Part shown: in pieces, positions 46,721-61,005 of the stretch
Numbering within the stretch: the first letter of the stretch is position 1
How the letters are laid out: each line of letters opens with the position of its first letter
NCBI RefSeq assembly: GCF_009914755.1
Contig: NC_060931.1
DNA: 64,000 nucleotides
Source of the DNA: the human T2T-CHM13v2.0 reference genome, Homo sapiens
Strand: one strand, 5' to 3'
The notes under the pieces: model-generated
Databases searched by the model: none
Told to the model about the DNA's origin: nothing
The model's input: only the letters and a program-made list of their open reading frames with translations
Made by a program: the position numbers and the translations under genes

Positions 46721-48344
46721 ACTCAATGCATGTTTTTAATATATAATATTCACTTACTTAGACTAACTAAAGTTTTGCTTTGTAAGGTTCTTTTCACACC
46801 AAACGGAATTTGTTAATCTGTCATGACAATGATAACTCTTGGAAATTTTTTGTTCTTCCTTCTCATGGTGGTTAAATTATTTCACAGTATATCAGCTATG
46901 ATCCAATTCCACAGTTCATACTCAGGCAAAACTGCCTTCTCAAATAACAGGAGTTTGGTACAGAAGCTACAAAACCAGGGCAAAGGATGTTAAATTGATA
47001 CTTCCAATGTGCCTTATTTTGAGCCTGATACTATGGAATTTTGCCTGCTATTACAGTACCCAATTATTGCTTGGAACAATTTTGCATTTCCTCGCATTTT
47101 ACAGAGCATGGCTTGACTGACAATTTGACAATCAGATAGCCTAGGCTGATGCCATTGTATCTATTTAATAACTTTGTTAACCAATTAACACAAGCAGACA
47201 ATTCCCATAATAATTGAGTATTAAAAAGCACAACAACAAATAAACAGTGGACACTTAGAACAAACATCTGAACACTGTTTTAGCCCAGTTGCCTTCTTTT
47301 CCTGAAAGCTCCAAAGACATACACACACACATACACATACACATACATACACACATGCACACACACACACGAAGAAGCACAAAGAAGGCAAAGTACATTT
47401 CATTTTGGGATTGAATTTTTACTCTGGAACCCAGTATAAAGCTCTAACAGGTAGGCTGATCTTCAAGGAAAGGCTCTTTTTCTGTGTATATGGTAGGCTA
47501 CTTCCCTTCAAGACCCCTATGTGAATCTAGAATCTAAACCATGGATGGCGGGATGGCGACACCTGTGCTAATGTTTGAGAAAAAGTAGTAAAAGAAGGAG
47601 AGAGATAGAGAGATAAAGATACAGATCTATTTATCTGTATCTATCTACATCTATCAGAAAGAGATAAAGATACAGATATAGATACAGATCTGTCTAACTA
47701 TCTATGAGAGAGAGAGAGAGAGAGAGATAATTTGCCTCTATTGCCCAAAATGGAACTGTATTAAGTTGTATGCTCCAAAAGTCTAGTCCTAGCTCCCAGG
47801 AAGGAGAAGAGAAGAGAGAAAGAAACAGCCAGTGTTTTTTTGAGAAAACAAATTCTGGGCTTTTCTAGCAGACTTGTGGATAGAAGAGGAAAAAGGTAGG
47901 AAAAAAGAAGATCATATAGACTTACTTTATAGTGGGAACCTCAGAGTCTTTACCATCTAGGCTTCATGAGAGTTGCTAAATGTGACCAGACTTGTTAACC
48001 CATAGCTCCTCCCCAAGAAATTTAATGTAGTGTATGCTCTTCCTTGGTGTTAGAATGTTTTTCACCAGATTCTTGTTCCTCCTTGAGGTATAGTAAGAGG
48101 GAGAGGAGTTGAAGGAAGGAGTTTTAGTTTCTTTCTCCATAGACCAAAATTGGACTAATTTTGTTCTCTCTTCTCTTGATTAAGTCAGGTCTATGATCAG
48201 CTAAGGGTGAGGCTGTTCCTTCTGAGGGAAGATGTCTGCAGACATCAGTAAGTCCTCCCTGCACCACTGGAGTGGTTTTCTTGGGCACTTTCAGCACTCT
48301 GTTTTGTACATCTGGTATTAATGATACCAGCAGTTCAGCTCCTC

Positions 48345-48850
48345 TGTTCTTGCTATCTATTACAGGGTAACACATTACTCTAAAACTTAGCAACTTAAAA
48401 CAACAAATGTTTATTATCTAGAAATGGCTATTCTGGGTGGTTCTGGTTCTGAGTTTCTCATGAGGTGGTCCATAAGGTGTCAGCTGGTACTCCAATTGTT
48501 GGAAGGTTTGATTAGATTGGAGAATTTGCTTCCATGATGGCTCACTCACAAGGCTGTTGTCTGGAAGCCTCAGTCCTTCCAATGGACCTCTCTCTGGAGC
48601 TCCTTGAGTGTCCTTATGACATTGGAGCTGCTTCCTTGGGAGAGTGCAATCCAAGAGGAGAGACCAAGGAGAAGGGCGAAATATCTTTTATGTCCTAATC
48701 TTGTTTGCCATAACTATCACTTCTGTGACACACTATTCATTAGAAGTGAGTTGTTAAATCCAGCCCACACTCAAGAGGCAGGAAATAAAACATTGCCACT
48801 TGAAAGAAAGGGTATCAAAGAATTTGTGGATGTATTTAAAAGCTGTGCCA
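48345..48850 (-). mobile_element. MLT1 (F-like) MaLR LTR
   Basis: ctaaaacttagcaacttaaaacaacaaatgtttatt...ttgcttccatgatggctcactcac...ccagcccacactcaagagg...aaagaatttgtgga. Confidence 0.75.
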
Positions 48851-49051
48851 TCCTCAAATCTTTTATAAACCCACTAGGAGCTTCCACAAACGGTCGAGAT
48901 AAAACATTAATTAATGCTATCTAAGGCCACACCAAGTCAATGATTTGCCATCTCTTTTATTCCCTACCTTAAATACTCCTCCTTCTTTTTATCCAATTGC
49001 ACTCACCAAACAGTGTTATACACTGAAATGGATAGAACTATAGACCAATTA

Positions 49052-49380
<329 letters not shown>

Positions 49381-49691
49381 TTATCAATAAAATGTTTATT
49401 TCCACTGAAAAAGGCAACTTACTTTTCTTAATTACTGGCTCACAAATGGGTCACTCTTTTTTCCTTATAGTGGAATTAAAATTCAAAAGTTTACTCTTTA
49501 ACATTTCTTCTTATTCTGTTTGGCCCTGCCTAAAAAGTTTCACTCAGTGACAGAGTGCCTTTGTGTGTGCGTGTGTGTGTTTAGCCCATGCTATTTTGTA
49601 CAGAACTAATATAGATTTTGGTATTACTACAGAGGGATTATTCTCACCACAACTGTGACATATTATGTTAATGATTCCAGTGAAATATGAC

Positions 49692-50455
49692 CCTCTGATG
49701 GGCCCCAGTGTGTGTTTTTCCCCTCTATGTGTCCATGTGTTCTCATCATTTAGCTCCTACTCATAAGTGAGAACATGTGGTATTTGGTTTTCTGTTCCTG
49801 TATTAGTTTGCTAAAGATAATGTCCTCCAGCTCCATCCGTGTTCCTGTAAAGGACATAATCTTTTTATTTTTTTATGGCTGCATAGTATTCCATGGTATA
49901 TGTGTACCATATTTTCTTTATCCAGTCTATCATTGATGGACATTTAGGTTGATTCCTAATCAACCTAATGTGTTTGGTATTGTAAAAAGTGCTGCAGTGA
50001 ACATATGTGTGCATGTGACTTTATGATAGAACAATTTATATTCCTTTGAGTATATACTCAGTAATAGGATTGCTGGGTCAAATGGTATTTCTGTCTTCCA
50101 CAATGGTTAAACTAATTTACGCTCCCACCAACAGTGCATAAGCATTCCTTTTTCTCTGCAACCTCAACAGTAGTTGTTACTTTATGACTTTTTAAATTAA
50201 TAGCTATTCTGACTGGTGTGAGATGGTATCTCATTGTGGTTTTGATTTGCATTTCTCTAATTATCAGTGATGTTGAGCTTTTTCTCAAATAGTTGTTGGT
50301 CATATGTATGTCATCTTTTGAGAAGTGTCTACTCATGTCCTTTTCCCTGCTTTTTAATAGGGTTGTTGTTTACTTGAATATTTGTTTAAGTTCCTTATAA
50401 ATGTTGTATATTAGACCTTTGTCAGATGCATAGTTTGCAAAAATTTTCTCCCAGC
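49692..50455 (-). mobile_element. Older L1PA (about PA10-13) ORF2-end/3'UTR fragment
   Basis: ORF 50112..50336 resembles the ORF2 C-terminus ([17 protein letters not shown]); the extreme 3' end and tail are missing. Confidence 0.85.
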
Positions 50456-52740
50456 AAATGACATATTTTTATTAATGCTTCCTGTCCACTCAGTGGATGC
50501 CTTCTCATGACACTAAAACAGTATGGTTTATATAGTCTATGAAAGTGAGCAGAAATTCCATAGTTAAATTAAAAAAAAAACCTGTTGTAACAACAAAGAG
50601 CAAACTCAGGTTTTCTAACAAGCTTGTAATGCAAATATTTGCTAATGATTAAAGATAAAGATTTTCAGTTGGAAGGCTTTTAATCCTCATTTTTGGTCTA
50701 GCACTCAAAGATTAATAATATAGACCTATAGTATTTGGAACCAAGTCACACATGACATGATGTGTCTTTGTGAGAAATTATGTAGAGTCTCTTTTAAGAC
50801 TAAAGTAATTAAGTTTTTTTTCAATATCTAGCTAATTTTAAGACTCTTAATATTACTATTGTGAAGATTTAACTTCAGCAATATCAGAATTGCTAATGCT
50901 ATATTTAAATAAATATTGCTTATTTTATGCTAAAAAGAAAAATAATAGTGCCACCATAAGCATACACATACACACATTACAATAGAATATATATTTAGAG
51001 TTCCATTCACATCAAATACATATTTTTCCTATTCAGGTTAATTTTACATAAGTATTTGTTGCTAGAAGAAATACTTACATACCTAAACAAACCCAATATT
51101 ATTAGACTATCAAGTAGCTTTTATTTAAATATGTAATAAACATTTGAATGTAAGAGGATATAAGATAAATATCGTGTTACTTGTTGAATAAGTAATTATT
51201 GAAAATGTGTTGTGGGCAGATTTGACCAAATTATACTCTATTGAACATAAAATTTTAGTCATAAATAAATCACACTTCTAGCTGAGGTAGTCTTTTACAA
51301 TTCTTTTAAAAACAGCAAAATGAGCTTTTTTTTGCATCTTGTTGAGAAATGAGGGTAGATTTATACCCTATCTCTATGTATGTCTTTTTTTTATACTTTC
51401 CCATTTTGTGCCAAAGAGAACATAAAACTTCATGCAATAAGATGACCGTTGTTTGTGTAAATGTTTTCAGTAGATTAGAATTTTAAGGTGTATCAAATGT
51501 ATTTGTTTGGAATAACTGGACATGTTTGTATTCAATTTAGTGTAGCCTGTTTATTGAATTTTTTTTCTTGTCTCTTGGTCTTTCTTCTTCCCATATTAGG
51601 TTGACTGGGAAAAAGAGACTCTCTTCTTTATTTAATATGGGTGCATTAAATCTTTGGGGATCCTAAGCTCTCTCTTCAATATGCATAGACACTTCAAAAG
51701 CCTGAATAAGATAATGTGGTTCTAAAAAGTGATTTCTTTACCACCTTTTTACTAGAATATAATCCATAGTCAGAGATAATGAATAATGCCAGATAATGGA
51801 CTCTATCGAGTAAGGCATGCCACTAGGTTCTTACACTGACCCTACAAATAATATTTTCCCAGAAAAAATATTTTAAATGAGGAAAAATCTTCTAGTCATG
51901 CTGTTTTGTTGCCTTTTGTTTAGTAAGAGAACAATAACATTGTCTGCTGTGTAGGTTTTTTCTTTTAACGAGCTTCAGGGGCCATACACTTTAATGTGTA
52001 ATTAAAAAGAATATATATATATATAATCATATATGTATATGATTAAAACAGAAGAAGTGTGCCTGGGAACTTGTGGTTTAAGAAAACTGCAGAACATTTT
52101 TTAAAAGCAAATGCAAATTTAAATGAAATAAATGCTAACTAATTTTAGGCATTAGGAAAATGCCTCAACACTTTTTTTGTAATAAAGATACTAAATATAT
52201 CCTGGTAGGCTTATAGAACTGTGGGACCATTTTGTGTGGTATTTACCTTCATTAGCCATCTATCGTAATGCGCACCCTATTTGACATTGATATACTATCA
52301 CTATGCTGAAAATAATGTTGCAATATCAGGTTCACACTGACTTCTCACAGTCCTTAAGATGCCCTCTTGTTCTCCCTCATGACCTTATTCCAAACAAAGA
52401 GACAACTCCCTCCTTTGGTGCTTCCACATTTAATGCATAACTCCATCTCTGGAAGCAATAACGGGGAACTACAGGGTGAATTCAAACGTAGTACTGTAGA
52501 TTTCCCACAATGTTGTGAGATTTTGGCCTTTTACCATCAAGCTTTAGCGATTGTTTAAACGCATTTAGTAAGACAGATCCTTATGCCTGAAACAGTTTCC
52601 TACCTCACTTGTCTTAGTCTTCCAGAGGAAGGAGGGTTTGTTTGTTTGTTTGTAGACAATTTATTGTCTCTAGGAGAAAGCCCCATTTCTTGAATTTCTT
52701 CCCATTTGGATCAGAGAATAATATTTTGAGATCTTTACAG

Positions 52741-53010
52741 CAGTGTTTTCCAAATTGAAAAATACAACTTATAAATCGGTTGTGATATTGATTTGATAGG
52801 CCTAGACAACCAATTATGATTAAAACACAAAATATAGCGGGTTAAGAGTGACGCAACTATGTCAGAATAGAGGATATCAGCCTTCATTGCATAGTAAAGG
52901 TCTTCATTTCAATTACATATATATGTAAGCATATGAATATGTTTACTGGGCCATGGTGGAAAAAAAAGTATTTTTAAACTGAATTTTGATGAGAAATACT
53001 TGAAAAAAGT
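52741..53010. mobile_element. Degenerate hAT-Charlie element
   Basis: Starts cagtgttttccaaa; agaatagaggatatcag...catagtaaagg...tttactgggccatggtg; related to the copy at about 21815. Confidence 0.45.
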
Positions 53011-56000
53011 AGTCATGTATAACAATATAATTTCATAAATGTTATGCTTTACAAAAGGTTCAATGATTCAACTCAAGGAAATTGCCATCTTTATGGATAG
53101 AAGCACATCTATGTAGCAAGAGAGTTGTAAATATGAATTTCCTATTTGGAAAGAGTTTGATACACCAAAGAGTGTTATCAAAGTTAACAGTAAGGGGAAA
53201 AGAAAATATGCATTATTCAGAATACATACTCCTCAGTCTCCTAAAGGCCTATTGGTTACAAAAGTGTTGTTTAGGATCTCAGAAAGAGAAAGTTTGTTTT
53301 AGATAAAACACGTTCTCTTGTAGGCATCTAAAGAGTGACCAGGAGTGACAGACAGTCAAAAAAGTTTTCTACTTTCTCAAACAAGAATTTAAACTGTCAA
53401 TGGTTCACTGAGTGATTATTTTCATGTCTTGTCCATTTTTCCTTTGCAATCTTGTTTTCATGCAATGAAAGCTTTAAAAATTCTATAGAATTCTTTTTAT
53501 TTTGAGGACACAAAAGAAAGCTTAGGCATTTACCCTTCTGAAATAACTTCAAAATACATCTTCTTCCTCCATGGTCACCCTAATTTTTTTTTATTTTGAA
53601 ATTTGGACAGTTTCTTAGAATTGCTCAGCATCCCATGCACTGTCAGGGGGCATTAATGAGCCCCTTTCATCATGGGTGGCTCCTTTGCACAGTTGGAGAC
53701 TTCACCAAATTATCTATTGCTAACAATATGCCAAAAACAGTTTTCACATGAAACTCATCTTTATGCAAATTCTGTTATCTGATAGAGAAATGATTACTAG
53801 TGTGGGGCATGAATTTATTCATGTATGCATTGCATATAAAATATTTTAATATAAATTTAAAGAAAAATAAAAAAGGCTTCTATTTTCCATGTTAGCATTT
53901 ATATAACATTTTTCTACATTCAAATAAGTCATGTATATTAATAGCTTAAGATTGTTTCTCTGTTTTCATTTTCATTTTTTTTGTGTGTGGGGGGGCAGGA
54001 GAATGAGGATGGTAAAATCAGTTACCATACTTTAAAATTTTACATTATGCTAACTTTTCTGTTATGTTTAAAGAAATACACACATGCTTTCATCATTATT
54101 CCTACATTCTAAAATCTATCCTGGTGATCTCCATCTTCAGGTTGCACAGTCCTGCATTAGGCACAGATAAAGATGCGCTAATTGTGGACAGTGTTCTTAT
54201 TAGTCATAATATCCATTCTGATTGGTTGGAGCCAAGGCTATGTTGTTTACCATATATTTTCAGTATCTTCTCTTCTTATACTTTCACTCTCACTACTAAC
54301 TTTTTGAAAAGTATGTTGACCCATGCAAAGAATATTCACAATACTTTCAGCAGGGGCTCTAGAGCCAATTTTAGACACATGTCACCAAATTACCTTTCTA
54401 AACAGTTATACTCTCCAGAAGGCTTGCAGGAAACACAAAGAAAAGAGATGCCTTATTAAGGAAATGTAGATAAAAGGTGAATTTAATGACATATGAGGGA
54501 AAACTTTCTGTGGTTAATATCTAATATCCATACTTTCAATATCTCTTCCTTCTGTGCCATACACCATGAACTAAGACATAGAATACCACTGCTAAATGTG
54601 ATGAATAATATTGAAAAATGTAATAATAGTGTGAAGAATAACAGGGAGAGTTGGGATTGATGTGAATTTTACTTTCTCAGAAAGAAACTTTCTCTTAGTA
54701 GAAAATTTTTGTTTAGATAAAATCTAAAAACTCTGAGGTAAGTCCAGAAGTAGAATCAGTTAAAAAGCACCTGTTTTCTGCCTGGTCCCATTACTCTGTC
54801 TTAAAAAGTTTATTCTATTTTTATTAGAGGAATATCTTCCCTGGACATTGCAGGTCTTTAAATAATATTCCAAGAAGCTTGCAATATTTCACTGAATTTT
54901 GATTATTTCCATGGGAATGTGGAGACTGGTAACATCCATCTATTCCCTCAGAAACTCAATGCCAGGTATGCTGATGTAATTTGGCAACACTGTTAATGAT
55001 GGTTTATTGAAAAAAATGTTTTCCATCTTTTTTGGTTCTTGGTTAAAAATCAAAACTTCCATGTAAAATTTGAAGTGTTTGACAAACTTAGAAACTCTCT
55101 AAAAATGCATAAAATTATAGCCCCATATGTCGAAAAAAATAGTTTTCCCTCTGAGGCTATAAATTCAAAAAGGTGACTAAGATGGAATATAATTACTTTT
55201 ATTTGAATGAACAAGGCAGTAGGGTTAGCAATGTCAATCTCATGGGAAGTTTAATGAAATCTCTAATGATCACAGAAGGTCTGGAGATTCCCTTCACATT
55301 TCATTTGAAAGATATTCTACTGGTACTGATAAAAATGAATGGAGTTATTAGAAGCTTAACACACTTATTTCTTCAATCTAATACATTTTCAAATATCTAG
55401 CATGACAGGGGAAATTGATAATTTCATTAACCAGTTTTGGTTAACAGAAGGGTAACCAATAAACAAAATGGTAGTGAATAAGAGGGACAATTTTTTAATC
55501 ACTGCCTGATCCTTTCCAAGAACAATGGCTGGGGGGCTCTTCCTTTCCTCACTATCACTTCCTTTACAAGTATCAAGGATTCACCCTTGGTGATAGAAAA
55601 TTGATACATTCATGGAGATCTCAGAAAAGACTCGGCAGTGTTTTAGGCATTGCTTCTTCTATAGGAAAAGTGCAGGCAGCTGTGGATGAAGGGCCTTACA
55701 AATTGGTGATATGAATAGATAATGTGGCTAATCATACGGGAAATATGAAATGAGTTCTAGCATGGTGATCAATCTATAGGTGTTGGATCAGGCCTTCTTG
55801 ACTCACTGGTAAAGGTGACAAAGGGATAGGGAAACCCCTAGGTCTACTGTTTTCCTCTCAGGCCCTGTGACCTCCAAGTTTACACTTTATCACCCCTTTT
55901 CCCTCAAAACCAGCCCCAGAGGACTCTCACTGTCTGTCATTAATTCACCAATCTATTGTTGTGGCAAAACCCCTAGGCCCTGCTTCCTTCAGGGCTAGGC

Positions 56001-56032
56001 TTTAATTCTTAAGAGCTGTAATCATCATTAGC

Positions 56033-56529
56033 TGTGTTCACCACTATTAGTTATCCTCTGTTTCAGGAAAAATTCCCTGCTTTAATTCACTGAGACTTAG
56101 TGACTAGTTTCTAATCAATAGAATATGGTGGAAATTATAATTTGTGTTTGGGATTAACAGACATGGTGGGTTACTCCTTGCTGTCTCTCTTGGGTCACTT
56201 GTTCTACAGGATGCTAGCTGCCATGTTGTGTAAATGCTCAAGTAGCTCTGTAGAGAAGTCTACGTGGCAAGGAAGTGTGGCCTCCTACCAACAGCCATGT
56301 GAGTCAGCCACCATGGAAGCAGATTACCTGCCCCAATCGTAACTTCAAATGACTCTATCTCAACCAACACTTTGGCTGAAACCTCAAAGAGGCCCTAATT
56401 CAGAATCAAATAATTAAGCTGCTTCTGGATTTCTGACTCTCAGAAGTTATGTGAGATAACAAATGTTTGCTGTTTAAAATGGCTAATATTTTGGAATAAT
56501 TTGTTTTACTGAAGTAGATAACCAATTCA
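56033..56529 (+). mobile_element. MLT1 (E/F-like) LTR
   Basis: gctgccatgttgtg...ccaacagccatgtgagt...tgtgagataacaaatgtttgctgttt...gtagataaccaattca. Confidence 0.75.
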
Positions 56530-57300
56530 CATTGTCTGGAGATTATCTCTGACACATCAGTGGTATGATAACTCTCTTGTTAGCATGAAGGTGTACTGAA
56601 GCCAGGTGCAAAATAGAGTCATATGGTCAAGCCTAGCTGACAGTGGATTCAGTGGGTCTATGGACTAATGAGCTTATTTCTTTAATACCTATGTGCTTAA
56701 AAGGATGGATATATTTAGCCAGTAATGGAACTCACGTAGATTCCTTGACCTTTGGAATAATAGCCATTATAGTGGGAAAGGCCATCAGAAAGCCCCTCAA
56801 GCTTCATTGCACCATGCAAGATAGTACATCAGAGGCATCATAGGTAGAATGGTAGAGATTGAATGGCTACATTCAAAAACTAAAGAATGTTGATATTGCC
56901 CCTGCAAAAACAAGATGTGCCATGGTGGGTAATGGTGCACTTCTGAAAATTTTAAAAATTGGTAGCTCCAGTTACAACTTCTGTGCCATATGTGATATCT
57001 TTACTAGAACAGATAATATAGTTTCTGGCACATGGCATGAGGCTATTGATATGACATGAGTGTTTCTTTCAATTCTCATCAGAAAAGGAGGTAAGAAGCA
57101 GTTCACCTTCATTTGGGATGACAAAAAGCAGACATTCATGGCGTTGTGCCAGGAATATGTTGTCAAGTTATATAATGTATAGAGTCTCTAGAGAACCTCA
57201 ATAGAACCACTTCATTGCAGAATCTTAGCATTGTGGAGTAAGGTCATGCTATACTAGCAGGGAGCTGTTTTTCATTCAAAATCAGTTCCTGATATAGAGC
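56530..57300 (+). mobile_element. ERVL/MaLR-type internal pro-pol relic
   Basis: Reading through the stop at 57057-57059 gives SGTWHEAIDMT*VFLSILIRKGGKKQFTFIWDDKKQTFMALCQEY, resembling retroviral RT motifs A and B. Confidence 0.65.
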
Positions 57301-57309
57301 AATGAAAAA

Positions 57310-59085
57310 GACCATCATCTCCAATCCTAACAACAAAAATAGGTCATATAAGCTACTATAAAGTTATAGTCTCTCAGAAACTCTTCAAAGAGCTGACAAT
57401 GTAAAGGAATCCAAGCAAGCTAAATTCCAAAAAGGAATTAGCCCTTTTTAGGAGAGAAGATACCCATACCTTCTGTCATCATGGGGCATGATGGAAGAAG
57501 GGAAAAACCTTTCAATAGATAGGGGCAAGGAGAAAGTTGCAACTTTTTAATGAACTTTGAATGGCTATACCTAGAGGACAATGAATGATTAGATTCCTGA
57601 TAATCCTAGTCATAAAGCAAGTATGCACAGCCGAAAAATTCTATTTCATGGGATTTTCACTGAATGCACAACAGCACTTCGTAAAGGATAGGTAGAGGGA
57701 AATAAAGTTAAGGGGCATACCCCCAAGGTGTACAGAGCCCTTATTAAGTGCAAGGCAGCCAGCTGCTATAGGCTGAGGGTGGAGCAGGAGAGCTCAGAGA
57801 GATCACCTTGAGGTGGATACAACCTTCACCAAGTTTATACTTGGAAAATAAGTTTGTACCTTGGAAAACTAGGGCCTACAAAGAAGGGTAGAGAGTTAGA
57901 AAGCAAAGAAAATGCTCCAAAGAAAATTGATCCATAACGCTGCCAGTTGGATGGTAGAAAGAGATCTTAGACATCTTTCCGTATTCAGGAAAGACCTAAT
58001 CTCACCATCAAAATAGTAAATCCAGTGGGGAATTGGATCCAACTAAAAATTCAATAAAGCCAAGACAGAGTATACAACTCTAGGTAATACTCACTCAGCA
58101 GCCCAATCTAGTGGTCTGAGGAAGAAGCATGTTATTTCCTAGGGTAATTTTATCTACATTAATTTACTCTCTGCTGTCCTTTTAGACACAGTATTTGTCA
58201 TTTTGCAGGGTAATTGCAGAGCATATAAAGATGCCGGATAAGTCACCCACATTCAGAGAAGAAAGAGTTAGTGGAAGCAGACTTACAGATAACATAGATG
58301 TTGGAATTAGCTGAAAAGATCTTTAAAAGAACTATGATAAATATATTAGATAATTTAAAGTTAAAAGTGGTATGGTTATTTGGAAACATAGTCCTCCAAT
58401 TCCTTGACACTCTTTGTTGAGAGGTGATATTTATTTTACCTCCCCTTAAATATAGATAGGCTTTTATCTGCAATCTAATATGACTTTCATCTGTGATCCT
58501 GTATGTCTTCTGGGCCTTTATTTAAAGATATCATGCAGCTTTTTTTCTTGTCTTATTGGGATGTTTCCTCTGAGAGAAGCCAGATGTCAGATAAGAAGTT
58601 TGACTCCTTTCAGATTGCCATTCTGGAGAGGACATATGTAGATACTTGGACCAATAGCCCTAGCTGAGTTTCCAGGTGACAGCCAGTGTCAATGGTCTAC
58701 TATGGGTTGAGACAACTTGATATTCAGATGAGTTAAGCCTTCAGATGACTGTAGCCCCAGCTTACATCTTACTGCAACGACATGAAAGACAACAAAGTGC
58801 GAGTCTTTCCTGAATTACCACAAAATCATGAGCAATAGAATGGCTATTTTCAACTGTTAAGAATGTGAGTAATTTATTGTGCCTCAATGGTAACCAGAAC
58901 AAGTAGAGAACAGATGGTGGATTTCAGCAGAGAAATTAAACTATAAAAAACAATCAGGTGGAAATTCTAGAAGTGAAAAATTGAATATCAGAAATAAGAA
59001 CTCAGTGATCATTTGACTGAACAAGAGAAATGAGAGTATTAATGAACTTGAAGATGGTTAATAGAAGTTGTCCAAATGGAGCAAA
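57310..59085 (+). mobile_element. Ancient L1M 5'/ORF1 region split by an MLT1 LTR
   Basis: cagataacatagatgttggaattagc...aactatgataaatat before 58366; atttcagcagagaaatt...ggaaattctagaagtgaaaaa...tgaacttgaagatgg after 58901. Left boundary uncertain. Confidence 0.5.
58367..58901 (+). mobile_element. MLT1G/H LTR
   Basis: caattccttgacactc...ttgagaggtg...ttaagccttcagatgactgtagccccagc...gcctcaatggtaaccagaaca. Confidence 0.7.
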
Positions 59086-59088
59086 TAT

Positions 59089-59168
59089 ACACACACACAC
59101 ACTCTCTCTCTTTCACACACACACTTTCACACACACACGCACTCTTTCACACACACACACACACACAC
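59089..59168. repeat. Compound (CA)n/(TC)n repeat
   Basis: CA runs punctuated by ctttc. Confidence 0.85.
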
Positions 59169-59194
59169 CCCTGAGATATAATTTCTATGGCACT

Positions 59195-59362
59195 TCTTAG
59201 AGTTCCTCAAAAGTATGCTCCAGTAACCCAGAGTGGTAATTTGCCTGTTAATGCACCTTTTATTGCTTCTTTCCCTTCTGTGTCTCCCTTCCCTATCTCC
59301 CATTAAGTTACTTGCACTCGAATGCTCTCAAGATCTGCCTTTGAGGAAACTCAAACAATACA
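59195..59362 (+). mobile_element. LTR16-type (ERVL) 3' fragment
   Basis: tacttgcactcgaatgctctcaagatctgcctttgaggaaactcaaacaataca. Confidence 0.5.
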
Positions 59363-59884
59363 AATGTTATCTCATATAAAGTGAGCAAAAATTCTAGGAA
59401 GTCAGTTCTATTATTAAACTCTTTTTAAACCTTTTACAGGGAGGAAATTAAATGTTAGAGCAGTTAAAAAATTTGGCCAAGGTCATATAGCTAGGAAGTA
59501 GCTATATGAAAAAGACATGAGAGGCTGCACTTAACCATATTCTATAATAACTTACGTTGTAATGGCATTGTATGTAACAATTTATAGGGTGCTCCCAAAA
59601 CATTATCTCATTTATGTATAGAACAAATGAGTGAGGTGAGCAAAACTTATATTTTTGTTCAGAAAAGAATATTTTATTAGAGGAAGAAACTATTTTAAAG
59701 AGAAAGTGGCTCATTTAAACAAATACAGCCATCTACGGGCAGTGCCAAGACCAGAGCTGGGTCTTCTGACTTCTAACTTCTAGTCTACTGTACCATGTAA
59801 TAGGGCTGTAAGTAACTGAGAAAATACTATTTTTTACTTCAACAATCCCCTTGATCTTCTACAATACTTCTGAAGTTGAATGAC

Positions 59885-60292
59885 CAGCGTGAGGTCAGTG
59901 GTAATATCCCCCTTTTTTCTTTATTAGTCTAGCTAGTAGTCTATTTTATTTATTTATTTTTTCAAAAAAACAAAAAACAAAAAACAAAAACAGCTCCTGG
60001 ATTCGTTGATCTTTTGAATAGTTTTTTTGTGTCATCTCCTTTGGTTCAGCTCTGATTTTGGTTGTTTCTTGTCTTCTGCTGGCCTTGCTGTTTGCTTTTG
60101 GTTCCCCAGTTTTATTTTTAGAGAGCTAGATGTGATGTTAGGTTGTTAACTTGAGATTTTTCTATCTTTTTAATGTGGGCATTTAGTGCTATAGATTTCC
60201 CTCATAATACTGCCTTAGCTGTGTGCCAGAGTTTCTGGTACAGTCTATCTTTGTTCTCATTAGTTTCAAAGAACTTCCTGATTTCTACCTTT
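59885..60292 (-). mobile_element. Internal L1P ORF2 fragment
   Basis: Homologous to 32880-33290 of the full-length L1 (cagctcctggattc, gggcatttagtgctata, ttgttctcattagtttcaaagaac). Confidence 0.85.
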
Positions 60293-60767
60293 GAAAATTA
60301 AAAAAAAAAGATCAACTTTATTTTTTAGAATTAACAAAGTCAAATTGACAATATGTGGATGTATGATGGCTATAAAAATGGAAGTTATTCACAAACATAA
60401 ACTTATTTCTTTGTATGAACAGCCTATTTCATGTTTCTGAAAGCTCAATAACCTGAATCAATGTGTTTATTGACATTTCCTTCTATTTGAAAAGTGTCTA
60501 TTTTTCATAATAAAAAAGCGCTGGAAAAATCTAATTCTAAAGCTTGTATTCATAAGTCTTATCATGGTACAAGGAAAATAAAGCATCAGCAATTGCAACT
60601 CTTCAATGTATTTTTTCCATAAATCAGAGAAATGGCCATTTCAGAGATTCACATGGTTAAGCCTTTAAGTGGCTTCTGAGGGTTGGTACTCTTTACTGTA
60701 ATTTCTAGGAGTCTCCTCAGGTGACTCTCACAGAAATTAATGTCTGTTAAAAACATCCTACTTATTA

Positions 60768-61005
60768 TAAGCTCCACAGCACAATAGGGCAACTATAGCC
60801 AAAAATAATTTATTGTATATTTCAAAGTACTTAGAAGAGTAGGTTTGGAATGTTCCCAACACCAAGTATGATAAATGTTTGAGGTGATGATATCCCAATT
60901 TCCCAGATTTTATCATTACACATAATACGCCTGTGTCAAGATATCATCATGTACTCCATAAATATGTATAACTATTATGTATTTGTAAAAATTTTTTAAA
61001 ATAAA
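60768..61005 (+). mobile_element. L1MA 3' end
   Basis: aataatttattgtatatttcaaa...gaatgttcccaacac...tgataaatgtttgaggtgatg...cataaatatgtataactattatgta. Confidence 0.8.

Noticed and set aside
47600-47730. Hairpin-like agatacagat/atctgtatct repeats
   Set aside because: Low-complexity (GATA/TCTA)-type sequence, with no pre-miRNA evidence.
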